From an uncultured virus (IMG/VR IMGVR_UViG_3300042314_001187) (Duplodnaviria > Heunggongvirae > Uroviricota > Caudoviricetes), in IMG/VR virus record IMGVR_UViG_3300042314_001187, positions 1 through 64,000 of that record: 64,000 nucleotides of DNA; one strand, given 5' to 3'. The notes beneath the pieces were generated by a model. That model was given only the letters and a program-made list of their open reading frames with translations. It did no database searches and was not told the DNA's origin. A program made the translations under genes and the position numbers. Below, one piece after another: positions 1-8,794 of the stretch; position 1 is the stretch's first letter, and every line of letters begins with the position of its first letter.

Positions 1-1646
1 TCAAAATACTTAGTTAACTTGTCTTTCAAGTTTTTAATCTTCATATCCAAAGATTCAATAGTTAACTCATATTTTTCTTTGATTAACTTATTTTTCTCAT
101 ACTCATCAAACTCTTTTTTAAGTTTAATAAAACCTTGTTCTTTGCCGGTTAAATCCCGCATTAACCCCGAAATTTCGTCTTTATGCGTGTTTAACCCTGC
201 AAGTTCATTGATTTTTGCCTGAGTAATCGAAGCATTCATTAAATCAATTCCACAGTGTTCACAAATGATACCACCACTCACCGATGCCTGTAATTTTTGA
301 ATTGATTTTATTTCAGTTTCAACTCTAACAAACTCTTTATATTGAATGTCGTATTCTTTTTTAACCTCATCGTGTTTGTCTTCGTGGTAAAATTCAGTAG
401 GTTCAACAACGTTTAATTCCTTTAGTAATTTACGATTGTCATCAATTTGTTTCTCATAACCCTTAACTTCATTCTCAATTTTTTCAGGTGATAATTGACT
501 AATCTCTCGGTCAATATCCATATGTTTCTTGCTCGTTAAATCATCACGAAATTGTTGACCTCTGATAATTCTATCCTGAACATCTGTTAACTGTTTGTTT
601 AACTGAATACCACTTTCTTTCAACCCATCAATTGTTGATTTATAAGTTTCGATGTCAGTTTTTAATTTTTCAGAACTATATATGTTCGAAATCATTGATT
701 TTGAAAACTTGGAATACAAATCCTTACCGGCTTCCTCTTTTCGTTTTAAGAAATCAAGTCCCATAAAACGAGATAACACTTGACCTCTGGCAGTTGGTTT
801 AGAATCAATTAACTCTTCTAAGTTTGTTGCGGTAGTTAAGATTGTCATTAAGAAATCTTCTTTTGTTCCGATAGAATTCTTAATGAACGCTTCAGTCTCA
901 CGTCGTTGTTCACCCGTGAAATTCTGTAAACTACCATCAGCTAACTTCTTAAAGAAATCTAACTCAGTCTTAACCGTCCAATCACCACTCTTGGATAACT
1001 TACGAGTAATGTTTCTCTCAATAATATAATCATCCCCATCAATAACAATTTCACCCTTAACTGATACCTTATTCTTATCTGTAAATCTATTGAAGATTTC
1101 TTCTGCCTTAGTAGTTTTAGTTGTTTCGTTAAAGAATAAAAAGAATAGTAAGTCAACACTTAATACCGTTTTACCTCCAAAGTTAGGGGGATTAGATTCG
1201 ATTACTGAGATACCATTACATTTATCAAAATCTAACCTTTGGTTCTCACCATAAGATAAGAAGTTTGAGAACTCGATGTTTTTAATAAACCATTTTTTAA
1301 ATGGTGTTACCTCTGTTTGATTTAGAATTAATTCACTATCAACCTGTCTGTCCAATTCTAAAATCCTATCGGAATACTCTTGATTAGATTTTGATGATAA
1401 GAAAGATTCAACTAATGTTAATTGATAATTTTTGTCTAAGATATTAAAAGAGATATCAACATTATGATTTGTTGCTTCACTAACTTTTGTTTTAGTGATA
1501 ACATTAATATTGTTTGAGTTATATTTCTTTTGGAAATAATGTTTAACACTTTTAATTTTTTCCTGTGTAAAGTTTTCAGCAAAATCCTCCCATACTACTT
1601 GTATGTAGGGGTTTTCAACATTAGTTAAATCAACTTTATTACTCAT
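1..1646 (-). CDS. sbcC: SbcC/Rad50 (T4 gp46-like) SMC ATPase, N-terminal part; runs off the left edge
   Basis: Not in the ORF track (no stop inside the window). Manual translation from ATG at 1646 (overlaps the TAA of the upstream gene): MSNKVDLTNVENPYIQVVWED...WFIKNIEFSNFLSYG...ESNPPNFGGKT (Walker A variant)...coiled coil...GIICEHCG (zinc hook, nt ~252-263). These motifs are all in one frame. Confidence 0.92.
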   Translation of the reverse strand, partial: MSNKVDLTNVENPYIQVVWEDFAENFTQEKIKSVKHYFQKKYNSNNINVITKTKVSEATNHNVDISFNILDKNYQLTLVESFLSSKSNQEYSDRILELDRQVDSELILNQTEVTPFKKWFIKNIEFSNFLSYGENQRLDFDKCNGISVIESNPPNFGGKTVLSVDLLFFLFFNETTKTTKAEEIFNRFTDKNKVSVKGEIVIDGDDYIIERNITRKLSKSGDWTVKTELDFFKKLADGSLQNFTGEQRRETEAFIKNSIGTKEDFLMTILTTATNLEELIDSKPTARGQVLSRFMGLDFLKRKEEAGKDLYSKFSKSMISNIYSSEKLKTDIETYKSTIDGLKESGIQLNKQLTDVQDRIIRGQQFRDDLTSKKHMDIDREISQLSPEKIENEVKGYEKQIDDNRKLLKELNVVEPTEFYHEDKHDEVKKEYDIQYKEFVRVETEIKSIQKLQASVSGGIICEHCGIDLMNASITQAKINELAGLNTHKDEISGLMRDLTGKEQGFIKLKKEFDEYEKNKLIKEKYELTIESLDMKIKNLKDKLTKYF

Positions 1647-1894
1647 TATTTACCAGATTCTTCAGTTTGTGTTGTTTCTTCAATAATAGCATCAACAACT
1701 TCTTCAGCAATTGAGTCTGTGAATTCAGTAACTTTTTCGTCAGATATCTCAGCGTTAGCCAATTTCTCTTTTAATTCGTCAACTGAAAATTGCATAGCTT
1801 CACGATATAATTTATTCATTAAATTTTTCTCGTGTTGAATACGTGCGTTGCGTTTTTCAACTTTTCTTCTGTGTTCTTTAGTTTTTTTTCCCAT
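1646..1894 (-). CDS. hypothetical protein (basic N-terminus, acidic C-terminus)
   Basis: 82-aa ORF; its stop overlaps the sbcC ATG (TAATG); a promoter-like element lies upstream. Confidence 0.75.
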   Translation of the reverse strand: MGKKTKEHRRKVEKRNARIQHEKNLMNKLYREAMQFSVDELKEKLANAEISDEKVTEFTDSIAEEVVDAIIEETTQTEESGK

Positions 1895-1920
1895 TTTATT
1901 TAATAATTAAGATTTGATTA

Positions 1921-1949
1921 AACATATACATTTTAAATTTTATTGTCAA
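1921..1949 (-). promoter_or_regulatory. sigma70-type promoter TTGACA-17-TATGTT
   Basis: Minus strand reads TTTGACAATAAAATTTAAAATGTATATGTT, upstream of 1894; same TTTGACAATA core as the element at 49100-49128. Confidence 0.6.
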
Positions 1950-1950
1950 A

Positions 1951-2295
1951 CTATTTGGCCGGTCTATTTTCCTCAAACCATTCAACAATCGAATTAATTG
2001 CCCATACACACCCTGATGCAAATAACCCATCAAAAAACCAAGAGACGTGATTATCACATCCTAAAAATATCTTATTAGGTGAGTATAAAACTAATCCGAA
2101 GAAAAATCCAACCCAAGTACTTGTACACATCATACAAGATAACAAGTCAGAAAAAAACTTCCCAACAAACTGAAACGGAGTATAAGGATTTTCACCCCAA
2201 TTATGTAACCCATTTCTTAACCATCCAAAAATTGACCCATAAACTAGTATATTACTCATACCGTAAGCCATTAATACCCAAATAAAAATTTCCAT
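1951..2295 (-). CDS. small membrane protein, DUF1360-like, with CxxC
   Basis: Three hydrophobic segments and LLSCMMCTSTWVG. Start placed at 2295 (MEIF; TAA-T-ATG junction with the upstream gene) rather than 2310. Confidence 0.65.
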   Translation of the reverse strand: MEIFIWVLMAYGMSNILVYGSIFGWLRNGLHNWGENPYTPFQFVGKFFSDLLSCMMCTSTWVGFFFGLVLYSPNKIFLGCDNHVSWFFDGLFASGCVWAINSIVEWFEENRPAK

Positions 2296-2296
2296 A

Positions 2297-3004
2297 TTAT
2301 ATTCTTTCATTTAAATTAGAACCTCTCAAATAAACTGCATTAGTCGGATTTAATTGTGATTCCAAAAGTTTATTTTTTTGAATTAACTCATCAATTGTTT
2401 GATTTTTTTGAGATAATTCTTTTCTTAAATTTTGTAATGTCATTTCTAACATCTTTTGTTTTGAATTGTCAGTAGTTACCTCTTTAACCACCTCAACCTC
2501 CTTGATAACCTCAACTTCTTTAATAATTTCAACAGGTGGTTTGTCTAAAACCTCGTCTAAATTACGTCTAAGTTCGTCTAAACTTTCATCTTTTTTAGAC
2601 ATTTCAGTTTCCAACTGTTGTATTTTTAACAACAGTTCATTTTCAGATTCTTTGTCACTAATATACTCTATTTTTGTGACGATTTTTTCGGTAGGAACTT
2701 CTCTAACAACTTCCTTAATAACTTCTCTATCCACATATTCAATTACTTTAACTTCAACGGGAATTTCAACTATTTTTTCAACTTCCTTAATTACCTCAAC
2801 CGGTATTTCTACACGTTTTTCAACAATTACCTCAGTTATTAAGTCTTTTTCACCTTCATTAAGTGAATTTCCCAAAAATCCGTACTTCTTAATATCAAAA
2901 CCTTGTTTGAAACATTGTGTAACAAACATTGAGACATCCTCAATATTGTTTATTTTACAATACTGTATGATGTCATATTCGTATTTAGGATTTACATTAA
3001 GCAT
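2297..3004 (-). CDS. coiled-coil protein with VEVIKEV/VEIPV repeats
   Basis: 235-aa ORF with charged V/E/K/I/P repeats and heptad-rich segments. Confidence 0.75.
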   Translation of the reverse strand: MLNVNPKYEYDIIQYCKINNIEDVSMFVTQCFKQGFDIKKYGFLGNSLNEGEKDLITEVIVEKRVEIPVEVIKEVEKIVEIPVEVKVIEYVDREVIKEVVREVPTEKIVTKIEYISDKESENELLLKIQQLETEMSKKDESLDELRRNLDEVLDKPPVEIIKEVEVIKEVEVVKEVTTDNSKQKMLEMTLQNLRKELSQKNQTIDELIQKNKLLESQLNPTNAVYLRGSNLNERI

Positions 3005-3776
3005 TTGCTAAATATTCTTTTTCGTTTTCAATATCTTCATATGATGACAACTTAAACGATAAGAAAGGTCTTGGATTATGTAAATCAACAAACTCATAGT
3101 TATCGTTTTGAATATCATAAATTCCGAACCCGTGTTTATTAATTGTTTCACCGTAGTTTTGTTGGATTGTTGAACCAATCATATACGCTTTCTTACCACC
3201 AGGTATGTTGAAGATTTGTCGTTTATGGATATCTCCACATAATACTAAATCACAACCCGCAAACTTATCAGTTTCAAATCCTGACTCGAACTTATAACCA
3301 ATATCAGTAGTTAAACCCTGAACAGGTCCGTGAAACAAACCAATCTTAACCCTATCTGATTTACTGATATCAGGTGGAATATTGTGGTCCATTAATGAAT
3401 ATACAACCCAATCAATATTCTCATCAGTATACTCACCTCTATCTTTGTAATAAACAATATTCTCATTGTTTAATGAATCAATAATTGGGGTTAAAGCGTC
3501 CAATCTTGACATATTGTTTTCCAAGAAATCGTGGTTACCAATAATAAGAACCGTTTTAGCAATCTTGGAACATTCAGTTAAAACCCAAGACACCATTTCA
3601 ATAAGTTCAGGTGTCATCTGATTTTTAGAATGAACTAAGTCACCGGTAAACACAATCCTGTCAGGTTTTATTTCACTAAATTTAGATAACATATCCGTAA
3701 CAATATCACGATATAAATCGTGGTCTTTAAATAATCTGATATGTAAATCAGAAAAATGAACTAGTTTATTTACCAT
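2997..3776 (-). CDS. sbcD: SbcD/Mre11-like metallophosphoesterase nuclease (T4 gp47-like), catalytic domain only
   Basis: Motifs HFSDLH, TGDLVH, IGNHD, LFHG, GDIHK; lies near sbcC. Confidence 0.9.
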   Translation of the reverse strand: MVNKLVHFSDLHIRLFKDHDLYRDIVTDMLSKFSEIKPDRIVFTGDLVHSKNQMTPELIEMVSWVLTECSKIAKTVLIIGNHDFLENNMSRLDALTPIIDSLNNENIVYYKDRGEYTDENIDWVVYSLMDHNIPPDISKSDRVKIGLFHGPVQGLTTDIGYKFESGFETDKFAGCDLVLCGDIHKRQIFNIPGGKKAYMIGSTIQQNYGETINKHGFGIYDIQNDNYEFVDLHNPRPFLSFKLSSYEDIENEKEYLANA

Positions 3777-4713
3777 ATTTTGATTCTTTAATCATTTTTT
3801 TTACTTTACTATCGTGTTTCTCAATTTTAGAAATTCTATCCTCAACATCTTTATTTTTTGACAATATATCCCGTAATCTATTATTATCAAAAGGTTTTGG
3901 AACATCATTTTTTTCTAAAAATTCATCAATCATCTTTTCAGTAATTTTAGCCGGGTCAACACCAACCTCTGAAATGAACTTTTCTTTTAAATGTGGTGGG
4001 ATTACTCTTTTCTTAATTTCCAATTTAATTTCACCAGGTTTAACCACATTTTGTTCTAAATAATAAACCGTATAACCAACATCATCAGGTTTATTAGCGG
4101 TTAAATCAACATCGTAATGATTTGTAACAACTTCAGACCCATCATATTTATCAACTACCTCAAATAACCCTCTAACCAAAACATGTCTCGTACCTTTAGT
4201 TTTATATTCTTCAGGATTATCCAAAACATCATCCAATAATTTATGGATAACTTGTCTTTGTTCTTTCTCGGTGTCTAAACCGAGAATATCTTGAGTTATT
4301 TCAGGTGACCAAGTTAATAAAATATGTTTTCTTGGTTCAAATGTTAATGGGTCATACATTGTCGGACCCATAGCCGCACCATGCTTAACAGGTTTAATTA
4401 ATTGACTTGGGTCATACATTTCAGGAGTTAAAGATAATGATAATAAATAACATCTACCCTTAAATTCCATTAAATCGGATAATTTAATAGTTTCAGTCGT
4501 ATAAATCTTATCTTTTTTACCCTTAACTAACGGCATAGTTAAAATATCTAACGAATCACATTTATCAAATTCATCACATTCTTTAATGATGTTTTTATAC
4601 TTATCCAATTCTACACCATAAAGACAAGTTTCATCAACAAATGATGAATTAATTAAATTTAGGGTGTTCTTTTTACTTAATACCGCAACTTCTAAAAATT
4701 CTTTTAATTTCAT
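3766..4713 (-). CDS. hypothetical protein
   Basis: 315-aa ORF tightly packed in the operon; internal TPEMYDP / PTMYDP duplication. Confidence 0.75.
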   Translation of the reverse strand: MKLKEFLEVAVLSKKNTLNLINSSFVDETCLYGVELDKYKNIIKECDEFDKCDSLDILTMPLVKGKKDKIYTTETIKLSDLMEFKGRCYLLSLSLTPEMYDPSQLIKPVKHGAAMGPTMYDPLTFEPRKHILLTWSPEITQDILGLDTEKEQRQVIHKLLDDVLDNPEEYKTKGTRHVLVRGLFEVVDKYDGSEVVTNHYDVDLTANKPDDVGYTVYYLEQNVVKPGEIKLEIKKRVIPPHLKEKFISEVGVDPAKITEKMIDEFLEKNDVPKPFDNNRLRDILSKNKDVEDRISKIEKHDSKVKKMIKESKYGK

Positions 4714-4714
4714 A

Positions 4715-4954
4715 TTACATAACTATTTTTGGGGGATAACCTAAATCATCGTTAACCCCACCAATAATTGGGTTTATAGGATTAAATGGGTTTGACGATT
4801 TATGTCCTTTATATTTATCAATGTCAAAGTCTAACTCACCTTTAACACCTTTCATTTTTTCTTTAATCACATCAATATCAGACTCTTTAACTACCGTCCA
4901 ACTTCTATTAGTTAGAAATCCGTCCAACCAAATATAAAATTCTTTGTGTGTCAT
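4715..4954 (-). CDS. hypothetical protein
   Basis: 79-aa ORF, translationally coupled to neighbours; begins MTHKEFYIWLDGFL. Confidence 0.7.
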   Translation of the reverse strand: MTHKEFYIWLDGFLTNRSWTVVKESDIDVIKEKMKGVKGELDFDIDKYKGHKSSNPFNPINPIIGGVNDDLGYPPKIVM

Positions 4955-5190
4955 TACTGAATTAGATTTGTTTTATTGTCCTCATCAAATAAGGCGAAAT
5001 CAGAATTTACGTGTCCACAATCATCACATTTATAAGTTGGGAATGGTACTAACGTATCTTCTTTACTACCCGTCATTAATGCCGGAACTTTTTTAATTAA
5101 TACGACTTCCTTGAAGTACATACTACCACACTTTTCACAAACAACAGTTGGTTGTTTTTTCAAGTCAATTCTTGGTTGATTTAATTCCAT
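4954..5190 (-). CDS. small zinc-ribbon protein
   Basis: CEKC...CDDC pair in 78 aa. Confidence 0.75.
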   Translation of the reverse strand: MELNQPRIDLKKQPTVVCEKCGSMYFKEVVLIKKVPALMTGSKEDTLVPFPTYKCDDCGHVNSDFALFDEDNKTNLIQ

Positions 5191-5191
5191 A

Positions 5192-5449
5192 TTAATCTTC
5201 TTTTAGTAAGTGTATTGTTAACTCCTCATTCATAAATTTATCTTTAATTATGTCTCTATTAAATTCAAACTCAGACGCTAAAGAATCCTCACTCCCATCT
5301 TTAATTGAAAAATCCCACTTATTTTCATCCAAATAAGCAACCGCCTCCTCGTCAGTCATTCCTTCTAACTCAGGATAATCTTCTTTGTTAATCTCAATGG
5401 TGTCGTATACTTCATACACCGAATAACTTTTACTCATTCTAATTTTCAT
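5192..5449 (-). CDS. acidic hypothetical protein (85 aa)
   Basis: Start re-assigned to ATG 5449 (MKIRMSKSY), which forms an ATGA overlap with the upstream small ORF. Confidence 0.65.
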   Translation of the reverse strand: MKIRMSKSYSVYEVYDTIEINKEDYPELEGMTDEEAVAYLDENKWDFSIKDGSEDSLASEFEFNRDIIKDKFMNEELTIHLLKED

Positions 5450-5541
5450 TTTATTATATATTTGACGTTTATTTTTCCTAAACCAACAGTGTCCCAAGTT
5501 GTTGTATAATACCACACAGGACTAATTATTACATTATTCAT
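5446..5541 (-). CDS. 31-aa microprotein MNNVIISPVWYYTTTWDTVGLGKINVKYIIK
   Basis: Manual translation; fills the gap between 5555 and 5449; its TGA overlaps the next ATG (ATGA). Confidence 0.5.
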   Translation of the reverse strand: MNNVIISPVWYYTTTWDTVGLGKINVKYIIK

Positions 5542-5554
5542 ATCTAAATATAAT

Positions 5555-6421
5555 TTATTTTCTTAACTTACTCAAGTATGGTTGTATATCCATATTTAAA
5601 ATTGTTGATTGAACTTCTCTCGGAATCCTAAACTCTTCGTATTCACCATCTTCTTTAATTAAAACAATGATACATCCATACAGTTTAATATTCTCATACT
5701 TTGTCCCTTCTAACATTTTCAAAATCAATTTACCATAGAATGGTAATTGTGTGAAATAGTGTCCTAACGCATTATTTGGTTGTGCTTGGAATGGATATTT
5801 CATTGGTTTTGTGAAATAACTAACCTCAAAATTCTTAGGTTTGTTAGTCTTCCAATCGGTAATAACCAAACCAAACTCAGTTTGTTCTTTATTCATTATT
5901 ATCCACACTTTATCGGGTTGACCGGTATAACCTAAGTCAGGGTCCCCCAACACAATCTCAGTATCTAATAATACCGCACCCCTTTCAATCATAATATTTA
6001 AAAAGTCTTTACCTGCGGTTATCATACTATCACTCTTCAATATCTGTTCAAAGTCACATTCGAATATTGGTTGTCGAACATCTTTGTAATCTCCAAATAA
6101 TTTAATAGTTTCCTGTTCCAAAAAATAGTGAGTTCTTGACCCCATATTTGTTGAGTACGTACCAGCATCCGCCCATTCTTTCAATAGTCGAGCCTTTTCA
6201 ACCGGGTCACCTTGTGCTTTTTTCTCAGCAATTTCATCGGCAGGAAATTCATCATAAAATATTTTCATTACCTTTGATACTGATGGCCAATCACTACGAG
6301 AAAACCCCAACCCATCAGTCATTGTGTACTTATGAGTTTCTTCCTCAAATGTTAACCCAATCGAACTCCTCTTAACTTCTAAGATATCTCTAATATCTTT
6401 AGCAATCTCTTTTAAATCCAT
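5555..6421 (-). CDS. PD-(D/E)XK superfamily exonuclease (RecB/YqaJ-like)
   Basis: PSVSK, GSRTH, TE...GQPD, DWKT, QLPFY motifs. Confidence 0.8.
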   Translation of the reverse strand: MDLKEIAKDIRDILEVKRSSIGLTFEEETHKYTMTDGLGFSRSDWPSVSKVMKIFYDEFPADEIAEKKAQGDPVEKARLLKEWADAGTYSTNMGSRTHYFLEQETIKLFGDYKDVRQPIFECDFEQILKSDSMITAGKDFLNIMIERGAVLLDTEIVLGDPDLGYTGQPDKVWIIMNKEQTEFGLVITDWKTNKPKNFEVSYFTKPMKYPFQAQPNNALGHYFTQLPFYGKLILKMLEGTKYENIKLYGCIIVLIKEDGEYEEFRIPREVQSTILNMDIQPYLSKLRK

Positions 6422-6432
6422 TCATATTTTAA

Positions 6433-7335
6433 TTAATCTTTTATATTATAATAATAATCATTAATTTCACCTCTTAAATCACAAACGTCTTTATCATCAG
6501 GTAATTTCAATATTTTTATTTTACCATATAACCCACCACCATTAAGTTCGTGATACAATTTTACTGCATTATACCAAGCATCACCATCTAACGCAATTAT
6601 CACATTACCCATTGCTCTTTGATATATCGTATCAAATAACTTTTCAGACATATGTTTACCCAACATAGCTATACTATTAGGTAAAAAGAAACCATCAAAG
6701 ACCCCTTCAACTAAGAAGATATCTTGATTCCAATTAATTAAACTTTCATTGAAAATTATCTTATCCTTCTCAGCTTCGGGGTTTTTATATTTAGCTCTAG
6801 TGTTTGGTATCCAACTTCTTGCTATAAAATAGTTTAACTCACCTGATTCAGTATATGAGGGAACAATAACTCTCCCCCCAAATTCACCATTAGAACAAAA
6901 ACCTATTTTATATTTTTCAATAATTTCTTTGGTAATACCTCGACTAGTAAGGTAAGTATATGCTTGTCTTCTAATTGGGTGAGACTCACTTACGTCTTTA
7001 AATAATTTAAATTCATTAGGTAATCTCAGTTTTTCTTTCCTAACTTCTTTTGGTTTAAACTCTTCAGGTTGGAGAACATTATACACTTTCTTTTGACTCT
7101 TATTTCCGTATTTATCAAATAATTTACCCAAAGGTCCGTGAGTCCCATTAACGTCACCACAACTCCAACATTTATAAACATGTGAGAAATAATTCACCTC
7201 AAGATTACCTTTGTGTCTGTCATCATCACATTCAGGACAATCAAACGATATTTGACCTTTTGATTCATAATGAAGATGTTCATCCCCAAGAACATCACGT
7301 AATAAATCCACTAATATTTCACCATCATCTGACAT
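6433..7335 (-). CDS. DNA primase (zinc-binding domain + TOPRIM)
   Basis: CPEC...CWSC zinc domain, YLTSRGI, LVEGVFD, ALDGDA, DVCD. Confidence 0.9.
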   Translation of the reverse strand: MSDDGEILVDLLRDVLGDEHLHYESKGQISFDCPECDDDRHKGNLEVNYFSHVYKCWSCGDVNGTHGPLGKLFDKYGNKSQKKVYNVLQPEEFKPKEVRKEKLRLPNEFKLFKDVSESHPIRRQAYTYLTSRGITKEIIEKYKIGFCSNGEFGGRVIVPSYTESGELNYFIARSWIPNTRAKYKNPEAEKDKIIFNESLINWNQDIFLVEGVFDGFFLPNSIAMLGKHMSEKLFDTIYQRAMGNVIIALDGDAWYNAVKLYHELNGGGLYGKIKILKLPDDKDVCDLRGEINDYYYNIKD

Positions 7336-7397
7336 AACACAAAAAATAATAATAATTAATCATTCAATCAATCTTCACAAGTTTTATCAACCCTTTA

Positions 7398-7404
7398 TAT
7401 TTAT
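7398..7404 (+). promoter_or_regulatory. TATTTAT putative late promoter element
   Basis: 17 nt upstream of ATG 7422; same motif found upstream of several other operon-head genes. Confidence 0.5.
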
Positions 7405-7421
7405 TATATAAACACAAAAAA

Positions 7422-7634
7422 ATGCCCAAAGTAGTAACAATAAACAACATAACAGGTACAACACCTTATAATATATTTTTATGTGACAACCCTGTTACTT
7501 TATGTGTCTATATCGGCACAACTTCAACTCTACCGTATTCATTTGACATACCAAACGTATTAACAAATCAAGATGATTACACCCTAAAAGTTGAAGATGA
7601 AAATGGGTGTATTAACCAAACAATTATATCATAA
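7422..7634 (+). CDS. small beta-sandwich protein (single SprB-like repeat)
   Basis: GTTPY...YTLKVEDENGC; similar to the N-terminus of 13257..15896 (ITDITGLSFPYNIYVCD). Confidence 0.65.
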   Translation: MPKVVTINNITGTTPYNIFLCDNPVTLCVYIGTTSTLPYSFDIPNVLTNQDDYTLKVEDENGCINQTIIS

Positions 7635-7639
7635 AATAA

Positions 7640-8767
7640 ATGAGTTGTCCATCTACATATTGTATAAGTAATACAAGTTTTTCAACATATAATGGTATAT
7701 ATAATTCTTCAGGAACTTACAACGGTCGTGATTCGTGGTCAGGTCAATCCAACGGATATTATATCTATTTTAACACAGGAACAACTCAATGGTGTTTATC
7801 AAATGTGCTAAACGGAACTTGTCTTTTATCTGGAAAATCACCTTGTAGCTCAAGTTGCCCCGATTTATTTAGTGGTTACTTATCATCAGGTACTTGTCCT
7901 ACACCAACACCAACACCAACTGTAAACTGTTCTGTTTTAGATTTTAATTCTTTTTTTGACTGTGTACCCGTTAATTTTGTCACACCTACACAAACACCTA
8001 CACAAACCAAAACACCAACACCAACACCAACAAGTACCGATTTTTGTGGTTTACTTAACGTTGATGTAACCGTAAATAATGTAACACCAAGTCCAACACA
8101 AACACCAACACAAACACCAACAACATCAAAACCTGTTAATAGAGATAACACATTTAACGGTGACGTAACATTTAACACAATCAACACTAACTTTAATTGT
8201 CCTACTAGTAAACAATTTAGTGATTGTAACGACCCTAACACAACTTACTCAACAACCGACGTTTTAATTGTTCCAAATGGAACACCAATAACTAAATATA
8301 TGGTATTTAACGCCCTTGTTGACGGTGATACTAAATGTATATCATATATTGGATTAACAACCGACATTATTGGGGGTAATTCGATAAGATTAAATTCAAA
8401 CTCATTAGGTTTTTCTAATCTAGGTGGTTGTAGTTTTTGTCAAACAACACCAATGCCAACCCCAACACAAACGATAACCCCATCAAAAACACCAACTCAA
8501 ACCCCAACACAAACGATAACCCCATCAAAAACACCAACTCAAACACCTACACAAACAAATACACAAACTCAAACACCTACACAAACACCTACACCAAGTT
8601 TTACTCCAACTCAAACACCTACACAAACAAATACACCAAGTTTTACCCCTACACAAACAAATACACCAAGTTTTACCCCTACACAAACACAAACACCAAC
8701 TTCAACCCCGTTACCGGGTAATTGTGACTCATCAGGTTATTCTTACATATATTCACCAGCAACTTAA
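7640..8767 (+). CDS. Cys-rich modular protein with Thr/Pro linkers, putative virion fibre or decoration
   Basis: 375 aa; Cys-rich modules separated by TPTQTP repeats; tandem 42-bp and 30-bp DNA repeats at ~8460-8680. Confidence 0.75.
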   Translation: MSCPSTYCISNTSFSTYNGIYNSSGTYNGRDSWSGQSNGYYIYFNTGTTQWCLSNVLNGTCLLSGKSPCSSSCPDLFSGYLSSGTCPTPTPTPTVNCSVLDFNSFFDCVPVNFVTPTQTPTQTKTPTPTPTSTDFCGLLNVDVTVNNVTPSPTQTPTQTPTTSKPVNRDNTFNGDVTFNTINTNFNCPTSKQFSDCNDPNTTYSTTDVLIVPNGTPITKYMVFNALVDGDTKCISYIGLTTDIIGGNSIRLNSNSLGFSNLGGCSFCQTTPMPTPTQTITPSKTPTQTPTQTITPSKTPTQTPTQTNTQTQTPTQTPTPSFTPTQTPTQTNTPSFTPTQTNTPSFTPTQTQTPTSTPLPGNCDSSGYSYIYSPAT

Positions 8768-8794
8768 TTAAGATAAAATAAAAATAATAATATT

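Noticed and set aside
5555..6421. Cas4 assignment
   Set aside because: Lacks the four-cysteine Fe-S cluster; generic PD-(D/E)XK nuclease
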